A stretch of DNA of 64,000 bases from Candidatus Nomurabacteria bacterium (GCA_943356415.1 CALREW010000001.1:357745-421744); one strand, 5' to 3'. Counted from the stretch's first letter, positions 9,419-20,235 are shown. Made by a program: numbers and translations. Notes: generated by a model not told the origin, from the sequence alone.

Positions 9419-11876
9419 TCACTATTCCTAGACGTTTAAGTATGGAGAGTTCATTGAACATACCACGATACTCAAAACGAATACGGTGGGCTCCTTCAGG
9501 GACTGCGACGGCCATGTATAACCCATTAGCTCGGATAAGTGGAGCGCGCGCTCCATCAACCGATACCTCCCACCCTGGAAGGTACGTCTCTGAGAGAACC
9601 AAGAATTGCTGAGACGCTGTAATAGTCTCAAAGAGATGCAGCCCGTTAGCACTGCGAACTTCTTTGATCGAGCCTCTGCCGGATACTCCTTTACAGTCCG
9701 CACAATCAAGATACACCGCTTCGTTGAAACGAAGACCTTCGTGTGCGACGAGTTCCTCAAAACTCTGATGCGACGACGGAACAACCGAAGGTGCGAAGTA
9801 ATACAGCGGAGAAGCCTTTTCGTTGAGATAGCTATAGATCACCATTCCATACGAAGACACTGAGGTCGTTGCGAGAAGTGAGAGCGCTGAGCTCTCGAGC
9901 GGAACTCCCGAAAGTACGTACCTCCCACCCATCATAGAAAGTATGTCTACCCTATCGAGCAATCGCTCCTTTCGCTCCTCGTTAGTACCTGAGCCGTATC
10001 CGGCACCCAACTCTCCCCCAATACGCTCCAGTGCCGTGAGCGTCCCACTTGGTTCGAACTGGTCATAGCCGTCTACGGAAGAAAATCTACTAAAGAGATG
10101 CATGTTGGGTGATCCCGCTTTCGCCAAAAGTTCGACCGTTGCGTCGTCTTCCTCACGCGACAGTTTATATTGCGGCGGTATTACCTTTTGAATCGCAAGC
10201 GATGGCATAAAGGAATAGAAGCGGTACTGCGTGGCTTCCTCAATCGTGACAAGCGGATTGAGAATGTTGTCTGCCCCCAACGTTGGAGAGGAGCTAAAAA
10301 CATTCCCCCATCCAGCGATGGTGACACCAAAAATCGTACACACAATAAGCATGCATGCCTGTGCTTGAAATTGGGCAACGGAACGCTTCCCATGAACAAA
10401 CAAGAGAAGTAATACGATACTCGCAATAAGAAGTGCGAGCGGAATTGCAACCGATGGCTCCGATAGGTTGAGCAATTCACGATACGCAGCAACGCCTCTG
10501 TTCACCGCATCGCTATAATGGTCAACCCTATTTTGAGCGAAGCCTGCGGTAGTAAAAAGTCTCTCCACAATCCGACCAAAAAGTGTCGGTACATATGAAC
10601 CGAGCATTCCAAAAATAACCAAACCGCCAGAGAACATGGCCGCAACTGCCGCAACAACGTAGAGGGCCATTTTAAACACGCGCTCTTTTGCCACTTCCGC
10701 AGCTCGATCAAGTCCAAAGGCACCAAGAAGCGCCAGCAAAAATGCACCAAGAAACATAAACCGGAACGGAAAGCGGAACAGTCCGATAACAGGGAGCTTG
10801 CTCAGAAGAAAGAAAATCGGTGACCATTTTATCGCCGCAAAGAATGCAAAAAGAAAAAGTACCCCAATAGCCGCAATGGTGCGGTCGTGGCCTGCCAATG
10901 AACGAATGCTCCTTGAACGTAAGGCGTTCATTCCGACCACGAGGAGTACGCCTACCCCAAGCAGTGCGAGAAGTGAGCCGACAAACAACGGTTTGCGGCC
11001 AGCAGTAACGTACGGCACGTAGAAATATGGCGGAACAAGGGCAAGAATCGCGTCACCAGGGTCAATCACTTTGAGAGTTAGCTCGTGGTAGGTCGCTTCT
11101 TCTCCTCTTGAAGTGGATGGCAAAAATTTCGCCGCAGGAAGAATCTGAGGCAACCCAACAACCACGCCGATTACCGTTGCAATGATCCACGCGCCAATTA
11201 CTTTGCAAAAACGGCGTAGATTTGTCGGCCCATCAAAGTAAAACAACTGCAGCAACACAAACAAACCCACGATAAGGAGCGCGTAAACGACCAACTGAGT
11301 GTACCCGGAGAGAATGCTCCACCCGATTCCTATTCCAGCTAACAATACGTACCTCCAGAAAAGCGTTTCATTCCGTATCATCCGCACTGCGCACAACAAC
11401 AAAAGCGGCAAAAGGAAGAGTGTACTTGCGGTAAGCGGATTGGAAAGATACCGCCAATGAAACGCGAGGAGATACGAAGGACCGACAAGCATAGCTGCGT
11501 AGCGCGATACGCCAAGTGCGCGTGCGGCAAGATACGAAGTAACGCACGTAAGTGCAACATCAATGATGAGTCGCATTTCAACACCGGATATACCTGAAAA
11601 AAAGCGGAAAATGAGTAGATTGACTGGATCAAAGAATCCACCAACCTGGCTTAGATATATAGGGAAGCCTGAATAGATGGACGGGAGCCACAAGAAAGAC
11701 TCCCCAGCATGAAGCGCCTGGCTGTAGAAAGTAAATATTGGGTAGTAGTAAACAACGACATCCGCATCATTTAAAAAAATAATCCGCCCGAACGCGATTG
11801 GCCCAAAAAAAGCAACCAGCACCAGAGCGAAGAAGCCTGCAACGAATAGGCCCGGGTATCGTTTAATGAGATTCAT
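9405..11876 (-). CDS. YfhO-family membrane glycosyltransferase (GT-C)
   Basis: LWLPSIYSGFP, FRFPFRF, C-terminal LVLSETYLPGWEVSVDG...ANGLYMAVAVPEGAHRIRFEY. Confidence 0.85.
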   Translation of the reverse strand: MNLIKRYPGLFVAGFFALVLVAFFGPIAFGRIIFLNDADVVVYYYPIFTFYSQALHAGESFLWLPSIYSGFPIYLSQVGGFFDPVNLLIFRFFSGISGVEMRLIIDVALTCVTSYLAARALGVSRYAAMLVGPSYLLAFHWRYLSNPLTASTLFLLPLLLLCAVRMIRNETLFWRYVLLAGIGIGWSILSGYTQLVVYALLIVGLFVLLQLFYFDGPTNLRRFCKVIGAWIIATVIGVVVGLPQILPAAKFLPSTSRGEEATYHELTLKVIDPGDAILALVPPYFYVPYVTAGRKPLFVGSLLALLGVGVLLVVGMNALRSRSIRSLAGHDRTIAAIGVLFLFAFFAAIKWSPIFFLLSKLPVIGLFRFPFRFMFLGAFLLALLGAFGLDRAAEVAKERVFKMALYVVAAVAAMFSGGLVIFGMLGSYVPTLFGRIVERLFTTAGFAQNRVDHYSDAVNRGVAAYRELLNLSEPSVAIPLALLIASIVLLLLFVHGKRSVAQFQAQACMLIVCTIFGVTIAGWGNVFSSSPTLGADNILNPLVTIEEATQYRFYSFMPSLAIQKVIPPQYKLSREEDDATVELLAKAGSPNMHLFSRFSSVDGYDQFEPSGTLTALERIGGELGAGYGSGTNEERKERLLDRVDILSMMGGRYVLSGVPLESSALSLLATTSVSSYGMVIYSYLNEKASPLYYFAPSVVPSSHQSFEELVAHEGLRFNEAVYLDCADCKGVSGRGSIKEVRSANGLHLFETITASQQFLVLSETYLPGWEVSVDGARAPLIRANGLYMAVAVPEGAHRIRFEYRGMFNELSILKRLGIVNDDY

Positions 11877-13270
11877 ATAGTGTTCAAAGTGGAAGCGGGT
11901 GGGACGTTTCTTTTTGTATTAAGAACAAGCGCAGCCGCCCCGAGAATCATCACCCCAGAGATAGGCAGTCGATATCGAGCGTTAGAAACCGGTCCCGTAA
12001 GTAGCGCGAAGTAAAGAACGAGTACCGCACCTAAGAGGACGAGTGGTCGCAATCGTCTCGTCCACAATTCGACAACAATGCCTACAAAATAGAGCACCGT
12101 TACCATGAACCAAAATCCGCTCCCAATCACTAGAAGGACAACGGCGAGTGCTCCCGTGCGTATATACGTCACGATAGCTTTCATATTGCCCGAAAGAATT
12201 AGACTCGAAATGTTAGGAGGTGCAACGAGGGGTACCCCGGATATTCGGGCAATTTCACGCAATCCATCAGTGAGGAAAAAAGGAACGGTTTTTGCAACAT
12301 GAAAGAACAGATAGGTATATTCGTGACCTCGTATCACTTCTCGGAAGTTGCTCGTAAAGACCGGCGCTCTTGAAAGCGAGAGTGCTTCATCGCGAGGAAG
12401 AGAGTCCTGCTCTGCTTTAAATGCAGTCAGCACGGCCTCCCCCTTCATATCTGGGTAGTCTGCGAGGTATGCAGGGGCATTGTAGATCATCAGGTTTGCT
12501 GCGCCAACTGAAGATACCCCCCACGATCCAAAAAATTCGTGATTACGTAGCATCCACGGAAAAACGATAACTGCAGTCGCACATAAAAGAAGTACCGCTT
12601 TTTTGAAGCGAACACCTGCTGACATCCCAGGCGCAATAAGCACGTACCCCGCGTAAAGCGCTGGCAAAAAGACAGCGATGGGACGGACAAGCACGCTCAC
12701 GCCAAGTACGACGCCCGAGGAGACAATAAGTAAACTTTTTTTATGCATCCTTCCCCGCTCAAGCAATACAAGCGATCCCAAAAAAAGACAGGTGAAGAAT
12801 GCGTCCGAGAGAAGAGACGCCGAGAAGAAAAGACGCGTCGGCTCAAAAACGAATATAACCGCTCCCCACCACGCTGCGCGCTCGCTGTACGACTTAAAGA
12901 GCACATATAAAAGCACGGGTGCGATGCTCACCAGAATTGTCTGCACGAAAAGAACGGCGATCCAGCTACGACACAGTGCGTAGAGAATGCTCAGGGAAAA
13001 AGGGTACCCGGGCGCACGGAAACTCTCAGGAGCAAACGGGGTCGTGGTTGAGAACGTAAATGCTGATTCTTCGAGCAAATGCGTTGCAAGTATTTGATAC
13101 CCGCGTGCGTCCCCGGTGAGACGTACCATATCGAGCCCTTTTATCTGCGTGAACCATAAAGCGCCGCCTGCAAAGAGCACGCTGACAACAAGAGAAAGGA
13201 GTCCGAGCGTAAGTTCCTTCTTATACACCGTACGCCAGGCACGCATACGCTTACTGTACCTTACGAGCAA
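11873..13270 (-). CDS. ArnT/PMT-like GT-C glycosyltransferase
   Basis: DARGY, FRAPGYP, LLSDAFF, LVRP, PWMLRN, RYRLP; multi-TM. Confidence 0.8.
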   Translation of the reverse strand: MLVRYSKRMRAWRTVYKKELTLGLLSLVVSVLFAGGALWFTQIKGLDMVRLTGDARGYQILATHLLEESAFTFSTTTPFAPESFRAPGYPFSLSILYALCRSWIAVLFVQTILVSIAPVLLYVLFKSYSERAAWWGAVIFVFEPTRLFFSASLLSDAFFTCLFLGSLVLLERGRMHKKSLLIVSSGVVLGVSVLVRPIAVFLPALYAGYVLIAPGMSAGVRFKKAVLLLCATAVIVFPWMLRNHEFFGSWGVSSVGAANLMIYNAPAYLADYPDMKGEAVLTAFKAEQDSLPRDEALSLSRAPVFTSNFREVIRGHEYTYLFFHVAKTVPFFLTDGLREIARISGVPLVAPPNISSLILSGNMKAIVTYIRTGALAVVLLVIGSGFWFMVTVLYFVGIVVELWTRRLRPLVLLGAVLVLYFALLTGPVSNARYRLPISGVMILGAAALVLNTKRNVPPASTLNTI

Positions 13271-13985
13271 CGGCTATAAGGGATACTCCCCAAGGCAGTG
13301 GCCCCACTCGTAGTAGGAAACGCTCAAAACCGAAGAGGAGCGCGAGCGGGGCGTTGAGGAAACCTGGGGTGCTGGAAAAGTCACTTTCTTTCTTGCGCAC
13401 ATTCAATGCGTTACTAGCAAGACGCACAAGAGCAATCGCAGGAAAAAGAAAGAAATTGTAGTAACTCACAAACGCCGGGGTAAGACCTGCTCCTTTGAGT
13501 CGTTCTACCAGTTCAGCTTTGCGATATCTCCTACGATGATGGGCCAATTCATCGTGCCCACTCCACAAAAATCTAAATGCTGGCACCGTGATAAGCACAA
13601 TACCTCCAGGGGCAAGCGCCTTGGTCACTGCACGCAAGGCGCTGTGGTCATCATCGAAATGTTCGAGAACGTCGAGCAACGTGACAATGTGATACTCATT
13701 GTCTTTAACAAGAGGTGACGGGAAGGACGCCTCAATGAGGTTCGCACTCGGCGCCTTCTCTTTTGCAAAACGTATTGCTTCCTGCGAAGGCTCAATCGCA
13801 TCGACAAGAAACCCGTGTTGACTAAATTGCTGTGCATTGATGCCGGTGCCAACACCGACGTCGAGCAGACGCTTCCCCATCGGTTTGAAGCGTGAAAGGA
13901 GATCAAATAAAACGGCGCGCCTCCCCCTAAACCACCAATGTGCCTCTTCAAGTGAGGACATCTCTGCATAGAGGTGTTTTTCCAT
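13251..13985 (-). CDS. Class I SAM-dependent methyltransferase
   Basis: HWWFRGRR, LLDVGVGTG, LDVLEH, TVPAFRFLWSGHDE..HHRRRY. Confidence 0.88.
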   Translation of the reverse strand: MEKHLYAEMSSLEEAHWWFRGRRAVLFDLLSRFKPMGKRLLDVGVGTGINAQQFSQHGFLVDAIEPSQEAIRFAKEKAPSANLIEASFPSPLVKDNEYHIVTLLDVLEHFDDDHSALRAVTKALAPGGIVLITVPAFRFLWSGHDELAHHRRRYRKAELVERLKGAGLTPAFVSYYNFFLFPAIALVRLASNALNVRKKESDFSSTPGFLNAPLALLFGFERFLLRVGPLPWGVSLIAVARKVQ

Positions 13986-13988
13986 AGA

Positions 13989-14726
13989 TTATGCGTATGC
14001 GCCCATCCACGCGCGAATACGTATGCGTGCAAGCCCCATCAAAGATCGGTACACCTCACGGAATGGTCGAATGCGGGAATCTGCGTCGTCCGTCCACACC
14101 ACGGGTATTTCTACGTAGTGGTGTTTGCGTACGTGAGTGACATAGATAAGCTCCGCCTCAGCAACAATATGCATCTCATATTGGTGCGCAAATATGTCTG
14201 CCAATGCGTTCTTACGGAACATCTTAAAACCGAGTGCAAAGTCCGTAATATTCCACATCCAAAAAATAATCCTGGTCAGATACAAAAATCCGTAGCCAAG
14301 AAATACGCGCAGAGGTGGCTGCCACACGAGAATTTTCGACTCAGGAAGCTCTCTACTACCGAACACTGCGGCCAGAGTTGGGTCGGCATCAAAAAGCGCA
14401 ACTGCCCGCCCTATGGCCTCCTCAGCAACTGATCCATCTGCATCAGTCTCAAGCACCAAGGAGCCTCGAGCGCGGAGCATTGCGTTTTTGATCGTCGGCG
14501 TGCGACCCCGATTTATGCCATCAGAGATAAGCTCTAGTTCCGGATGGGTTTTTTGAAGTTCTCTTACGACTGCAGCCGTGCGGTCCTTACTCCCATCATC
14601 GGCAATAATGATTTCATAGGAACACTGCAAGGTAGGCAAATATGCAAAGAGCTTCCGAAGTGTCGGCGGAAGCCGACGCTCTTCGTTGTATGCAGGTATC
14701 ACAATTGAGAGATGCGGTTCAGTCAT
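13989..14726 (-). CDS. GT2 polyprenol-phosphate glycosyltransferase (Dol-P-Glc synthase-like)
   Basis: SIVIPAYNEERRL, DDGSKDRT, DADGS, GFKMF. Confidence 0.88.
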   Translation of the reverse strand: MTEPHLSIVIPAYNEERRLPPTLRKLFAYLPTLQCSYEIIIADDGSKDRTAAVVRELQKTHPELELISDGINRGRTPTIKNAMLRARGSLVLETDADGSVAEEAIGRAVALFDADPTLAAVFGSRELPESKILVWQPPLRVFLGYGFLYLTRIIFWMWNITDFALGFKMFRKNALADIFAHQYEMHIVAEAELIYVTHVRKHHYVEIPVVWTDDADSRIRPFREVYRSLMGLARIRIRAWMGAYA

Positions 14727-16146
14727 GCTTCTTCACCTCCTCATGGTACACGCGCTCAACATTTACGTCCCACAGGTTGTGGTTAGCTCCTTGTATGTTC
14801 TCTACCGCAAGCATTGCCGTGAGCATCGCATGGTCCTGATTGTTGTACCGATGCATACCGTTGCGCCCCACCGGATAGACGTTGCTGAGCTTCGCAAAGG
14901 CTGCATGAATGGTCGGCATAGCCGCCTCGTAGGCATCATCGTAGACCGGATATGTTTTCTCTATCCGTGCCGCAGCACCATCGATGACATCCTCCTTTTT
15001 TGCAAGACCAATGGCTTCAATCTCATTCGAAGCAAGCTCGATAAGTTCCGCGTCCGTTTTCTTCCAAATAGCGTCGGTGGTAAAACAAAAGTACTCAAGA
15101 CCAAGACAGGTAGTCCCATTATCTGGCGTCATATACGGAGACCAGTTATTAAAATTCTGAATGCGTCCCACCGCGACTTTCGGCTCGTGGATATATATCC
15201 AGGTATCAGGAAAGAGATCGGTTCGCTTCAAGATAAGTGCCACGGTGATGAAGTCACGGAAGGTCAGCGTATGTGCAGCCGCGAGGTCCTCCGCGCTCAT
15301 AGCAGGCGACATGAGATCAAACAACTCTGCAATAGGGATGCTGGAGATAACCGACGAGACCGGTACCGTCATCTCACCCTGAGGCGTAGCGATGGTCGCT
15401 TCATATACCACTCCCCCTTTGTGGGAGAGACGCGTAGGACGAGCATTAAAATATATTTTTGTCAGTCCGGTAGAGAGGGCTTTCTCGAGCGTTTTCTCCC
15501 ACATCATTCCTGGGCCCAGTTTTGGGTAGTTAAACTCTTCGATAAGACTCTTTATCTCGTTGTCCTTATTACCAAAGAGGGCCGTGCGTATGAGACTCGT
15601 CACGGAGAGACCCTTAATGCGCTGAGCAGCCCACGAGGCTTTAATCTTAGTGCACGGTATCCCCCACACCTTCTCCGTATACGACTTAAAAAAGGTGCGG
15701 TAGAGTCGCCAACCAAAATTATTAACAATATAGTCCTCGAACGAATCTTCCTCTTTGCGTTTGAATACTTTCGCTTTTACGTAACTCAAGCCTGCAAGAA
15801 AACTCTCCCAAAATCCAAGTTTCAAAACCACATCGAATGGCTTTATGGGGTAGTTAAAAAACTTTCGTTTGTAGTAAACGTGAGAGAGTCTTGGTCGCTT
15901 TATAAAATCATCTCCAAGAATCTCGCGCCACATCTCGTTAACGCGTTCAACTTTAGTGAAAAAACGATGTCCCCCGATATCAAAATGATATCCCTTATAT
16001 TTTATGGTTCGAGAGATGCCGCCGACTATCCCCTCTTTTTCAAGAATAATCGAACGCTTCCCCGCCTTGGCAAGTTCATACGCCGCGGTGAGGCCCGCAG
16101 GGCCTCCACCTATAATAAGTACTGCGTTTTCATCGGATGAATTCAT
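14719..16146 (-). CDS. FAD-dependent oxidoreductase (protoporphyrinogen oxidase/UDP-Gal mutase-like, glycan-locus type)
   Basis: IIGGGPAGLTAA, DIGGHRFF, YTEKVWG, GRNGMHRYNNQDH. Confidence 0.85.
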   Translation of the reverse strand: MNSSDENAVLIIGGGPAGLTAAYELAKAGKRSIILEKEGIVGGISRTIKYKGYHFDIGGHRFFTKVERVNEMWREILGDDFIKRPRLSHVYYKRKFFNYPIKPFDVVLKLGFWESFLAGLSYVKAKVFKRKEEDSFEDYIVNNFGWRLYRTFFKSYTEKVWGIPCTKIKASWAAQRIKGLSVTSLIRTALFGNKDNEIKSLIEEFNYPKLGPGMMWEKTLEKALSTGLTKIYFNARPTRLSHKGGVVYEATIATPQGEMTVPVSSVISSIPIAELFDLMSPAMSAEDLAAAHTLTFRDFITVALILKRTDLFPDTWIYIHEPKVAVGRIQNFNNWSPYMTPDNGTTCLGLEYFCFTTDAIWKKTDAELIELASNEIEAIGLAKKEDVIDGAAARIEKTYPVYDDAYEAAMPTIHAAFAKLSNVYPVGRNGMHRYNNQDHAMLTAMLAVENIQGANHNLWDVNVERVYHEEVKKHD

Positions 16147-17741
16147 GAGCGAGGTTTGCGAGCGATAATGTAGAGATGCGCACTGACCGCTTCAGCACCC
16201 GGTAGTGACGCAAACAGAAGATCGAATATCTTCAAAGGCCCGAGCACCAGCATAAAGATGTGTGCCAAAAACGGCGCAATCTTGCGTGATCCAAACGAGA
16301 AGATAACCCCAAGCCAGTACGCAAAAAACATAAGGAACGCACTCCAGGGACCTGAGCGTACACCTAACTCTATAACTTCAAATCCGGGAAATAGTTCTTT
16401 AAGACCACTTGTCGTAAAGCGATTGAAGTCGTCAGGAGAGGCGTGATACGGATGAATAAACGGCGCGCTTGCATACACAACGCCGCCAGGCTTCAGCACC
16501 CGCATAAGTTCTTGAGCTACCGCTCCCGGATTCGCCACGTGCTCAAGAAGCGATTCTGTCGCAAGACCGTCAAATGTCCCGTCCTCAAACGGCAGGCGCT
16601 CAGCGCTCGCCACAATATCAACACCGGGAAATGGGAAGATGTCCACATTAATAAATTGAAGGGAGATACGGTCAGGACCCGATCCTATATCAGCAACAAG
16701 TGCATCTTTTCCGACGTGGGCGAGCAGTTTCTTGGGTCCGTTTTGAAGCATGAGCACCGGGCAGAAGAGTCCCCAAATTGCGTAGTAGAGGAGCGGAAAT
16801 TGTTTCAGAAACGATTTTAGCCAATTCACCCCCGAGAGATGCTCGTCTTCGTGGAGTGAGTACGACTGTCCGTCAGCGAGGATAGGCACGTCCTGCGATG
16901 AAACCTCAAACTGGTGTCCCACCGGACACGCTGCTTTTTCTCCTATGCTCAAAGTTTCGCCACACAAAGGGCACCTGAGGTGCGGACGTACCTTCTCTAA
17001 GCGACCTGCTGCCCCCTGCATCGCAGCCCCTGGCTTGCGTAGGTGCGTGAGTCGATGACTAAGGAGTAAGAACATCGAGCGAAACCCGTCTTTGTAGCGT
17101 ATCTTCTTCCCTTCCTCTACCGTGCGCGGTGCATGGCTAATCGGTACCTCGACAATGGCATACCCCTGAGCAGCCGCGTCGCCGATAAAGAGGTAGTCTG
17201 CTTCAAAACCATTGCCGATAAAATGTGCCTTTCTCGCAACCTCTTTTGAAAAAAGCTTATAGCACGTCCATGCGTCGGTCAGATGCAATCCATATAAGAG
17301 ATTTACAAACTTCGTACTTCCCCAGACCCCAAGACTAATGACTAGAAAATCCTTAATGCGGTGCCAGTGGGTTTCCATATTGCGTGAACCAAACACAATA
17401 GGTGCGCCCGTTTTTTCTACAACTTCAAGTAGCTTGCGAATTTCTGCTGGATTGTACTCAAGATCGGCATCCTGCAAGATGAGATACTCGCCCGTTGCAT
17501 GCGCAATCCCTGCTCTCTCGGCAACACCTTTCCCACCATTTTTTGCTTGAAAGATGACCTGGTAGCCGGGCTTTTCCTTGTATTTCGAAAGAAGGGTCCG
17601 TGTTGAGTCTTTTGATCCGTCATCAACAACGATGATTTCTTTTTCCCAATTGCCAAAATCTGCTTTTTCAACACGAAGAAGCAGCTCTTCAATGGTTGCT
17701 TCTTCGTTGTAGCACGGGATTATGACACTGACGGTCCTCAT
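16143..17741 (-). CDS. GT2 glycosyltransferase fused to zinc-ribbon and class I methyltransferase
   Basis: N-terminal IIPCYNEE/DDGSKD/QDADLEY; middle CPLCG...CPVGH; C-terminal DIGSG, LEHV, RVLKPGG, HASPDDFNRFT. Confidence 0.82.
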   Translation of the reverse strand: MRTVSVIIPCYNEEATIEELLLRVEKADFGNWEKEIIVVDDGSKDSTRTLLSKYKEKPGYQVIFQAKNGGKGVAERAGIAHATGEYLILQDADLEYNPAEIRKLLEVVEKTGAPIVFGSRNMETHWHRIKDFLVISLGVWGSTKFVNLLYGLHLTDAWTCYKLFSKEVARKAHFIGNGFEADYLFIGDAAAQGYAIVEVPISHAPRTVEEGKKIRYKDGFRSMFLLLSHRLTHLRKPGAAMQGAAGRLEKVRPHLRCPLCGETLSIGEKAACPVGHQFEVSSQDVPILADGQSYSLHEDEHLSGVNWLKSFLKQFPLLYYAIWGLFCPVLMLQNGPKKLLAHVGKDALVADIGSGPDRISLQFINVDIFPFPGVDIVASAERLPFEDGTFDGLATESLLEHVANPGAVAQELMRVLKPGGVVYASAPFIHPYHASPDDFNRFTTSGLKELFPGFEVIELGVRSGPWSAFLMFFAYWLGVIFSFGSRKIAPFLAHIFMLVLGPLKIFDLLFASLPGAEAVSAHLYIIARKPRS

Positions 17742-17745
17742 AGTC

Positions 17746-20235
17746 TCATTTAAACAGTGCGGTCAAATGTACCATAGTCACATCACGATAGACAAAAGAG
17801 ATTTCGTGACGCCCCGCAGGGACGTGTACCGTCTGAAAAAGGTAATTCGCCGTGTAGATGTTGGTCTCTACTCCGTCTACCATAGCCTGCCAACCCGGAA
17901 GGGTGCTCTCGGAGACCACCACCCAGGCGCCCGAAGGCGAGTCGACTGACACATTGATTTCTCCAGGCTCATATTTTGAAACCGTGACCACTCCACCCGA
18001 TAGCGCGTCGGTGCAGTCGGCACATTCAATAATCGTCTCTTTGGAGAAGTCCTTCACTGCAAGGAGTTGTCCTAGTACTGCATTTCCCTCGGAAGAGACG
18101 AAATGAGGTTTTGCTGCAATATAGATACGCGGCAGTACGTTCTTGTTTTCATACACATATACCGGGAGCGTGTCCGCACCTGCCGGAATGGTAAGCGTCG
18201 CATCGAGCGCGAGCAAAGGCGCCTCGAGCGGATAGAGCGAGTACACATATTTCACATTCATCATGGAAAGGAGTGGCACCCGGCGCGCAATATCGCGCAG
18301 TTTTTCATCCAACAAAACCCGCCTCTGCACGTCGCGGTTATACAACTGATCAAGTTTGCTGGTAGCAAACGACGGACTTGCGTCGTCAAACACATACTGC
18401 GCGTAGTCATACGCAACAACCGTGGTGAGCAGTTGATTCGCACGAAGCGTGCGATACGGCTCCATTCCGTCCATGCGCTCAATGCCCCAATACAGATTCG
18501 AATTGTTGAGGAGCAAATCAAGGTCCAAGGTTGTTGTTTGCGCAGGGGTCAGTGTCTGTTTGGAAAATACTTTGTCAAAAAGTCCGTCGCCGACAACATA
18601 CCCGAGAAAGCGGTACGTGTGAGGGTCTGTCTCTTTACTCTCCAGAAAGCTCACCAATGCGGGTTTTGCAGCATAGAGAGACTGCGGCACAAACTGATCC
18701 CACTGAAGTGCGTACGTACCGAGCGTGCTTAGGCACATGATGGCAACAATGTATTGCGGAACAAAACGGTGCGTACTCTTTCGTAGGAAATAGAGGGCGA
18801 AAAACAGACAGGCGACGAGCCAGAGACTGACGCCAAAAACAAATCGATCGTTGCTAAAAGAAAATGTGTGCTCAATCTGCGTAAGCGACTGAAGCAAAAG
18901 TGCCGTGTAATGCTCCGTTGGGTACAAAAGCGTGCGGCCATCGGTATACCAAGAAATGAGTCGTCCAATTAATTCTGGCGAAGAAGCAACGACGCGGATA
19001 AGGGCACTCAGTCCGACACTGAGCGCTACAAACGCCGCTGTGATAAACGCACTCCCCCACACCAAAAAAAGCCGCCCGCGACGCGATAACCGCTCGGGAG
19101 CCACAACAAAACCTTCGACGCCTGCGGCAGCGAGATAGGAAACGGGAAAGGCAGCGCCCACCATCCATCGGAAATTGCCGCCCATATGTGAAAAAGGAGG
19201 AATGTGCTCGTTGAGCCAACCGAGTACGGGAAGATGAAAGGCAATGCCGAGTATAAGCACGTACAGCGATGCAAAAAAAAGCGACGTCTTAGTCCGGTAG
19301 TATGCGAGGCCGACAAGTACAAACAGAAAACCAAGTGCGCCGACATACAACCCAGCAGAACCGCCGCCGCCGAGGAATGGAATGTCTATATACGGAGGCA
19401 AGAAGAAAGCCACGAACTGCGTGACGAACGGGTGGTACGCGTTTTGGATGGCATATGTATTGGTTCGTATGGTCAAATCGATCAGATATGCCGACGGGTA
19501 GAATTGCCACACACCGACAAGGAACCCGATCAGCGTCATTCCCACATACGAAATGCTCGTAGAGAGTGAGCGAAACCATGTCAATCCACCCTTGAACTTT
19601 TCCCAATCAAGGAAGAGCGCGTACGCACCCGCTATGCAAAAGTCGTAAAACACAATCTGCATAAAACCCGCCAAGAAACCGATACCAAGAGCCAAACCTC
19701 CGAGAGCGGTTGCTGTAGCAAACGGGCGCCAGGCGTTGCTGCGTGAGGAGTACCAGAGCGCCAAGAGCAACGCGGGCAAAAGCGCGAAAGAATGAGCTGC
19801 AATCGTTCCAATTTGGAGCCAGGCGAAGGTTGTTGCGGATAGATAGCTGAGTGCGAGCGTGAGGGACGAGGCATCCGTCCATCCTTGCACTTTACCGAAT
19901 CGATACGAAAGCAAGAGCCCTGCAGTTGTTGCAATACAAATGCTCAGGTGATGCGCAAAGAAAAAACCGAACATTGAAAATAGCGAAAGGTTGAGCGGAT
20001 ACCACGCTCCCACAAATTGATCCAAACTTGCAGAAACACCTCCATAGTAGGCGCCCTGCCACAGCAGCGGCACCCCGTGCACGAGTGATTGCTGCACCCA
20101 AAAGGAAATCACATAGTAAAACCCCATCTGCTCTTCCCCAAAGAACGCTTTACCGAAAAAGAGAGCCGGTGCGTATATAAAAAGTCCTGAGCCAATGAGC
20201 AGCAGTAGCGGCAGCACAACTCGGCGCAACGTCAT
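17746..20235 (-). CDS. YfhO-family membrane glycosyltransferase (GT-C), second copy
   Basis: Multi-TM; C-terminal VVSESTLPGWQAMVDG...ANYLFQTVHVPAGRHEISFVY. Confidence 0.85.
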   Translation of the reverse strand: MTLRRVVLPLLLLIGSGLFIYAPALFFGKAFFGEEQMGFYYVISFWVQQSLVHGVPLLWQGAYYGGVSASLDQFVGAWYPLNLSLFSMFGFFFAHHLSICIATTAGLLLSYRFGKVQGWTDASSLTLALSYLSATTFAWLQIGTIAAHSFALLPALLLALWYSSRSNAWRPFATATALGGLALGIGFLAGFMQIVFYDFCIAGAYALFLDWEKFKGGLTWFRSLSTSISYVGMTLIGFLVGVWQFYPSAYLIDLTIRTNTYAIQNAYHPFVTQFVAFFLPPYIDIPFLGGGGSAGLYVGALGFLFVLVGLAYYRTKTSLFFASLYVLILGIAFHLPVLGWLNEHIPPFSHMGGNFRWMVGAAFPVSYLAAAGVEGFVVAPERLSRRGRLFLVWGSAFITAAFVALSVGLSALIRVVASSPELIGRLISWYTDGRTLLYPTEHYTALLLQSLTQIEHTFSFSNDRFVFGVSLWLVACLFFALYFLRKSTHRFVPQYIVAIMCLSTLGTYALQWDQFVPQSLYAAKPALVSFLESKETDPHTYRFLGYVVGDGLFDKVFSKQTLTPAQTTTLDLDLLLNNSNLYWGIERMDGMEPYRTLRANQLLTTVVAYDYAQYVFDDASPSFATSKLDQLYNRDVQRRVLLDEKLRDIARRVPLLSMMNVKYVYSLYPLEAPLLALDATLTIPAGADTLPVYVYENKNVLPRIYIAAKPHFVSSEGNAVLGQLLAVKDFSKETIIECADCTDALSGGVVTVSKYEPGEINVSVDSPSGAWVVVSESTLPGWQAMVDGVETNIYTANYLFQTVHVPAGRHEISFVYRDVTMVHLTALFK

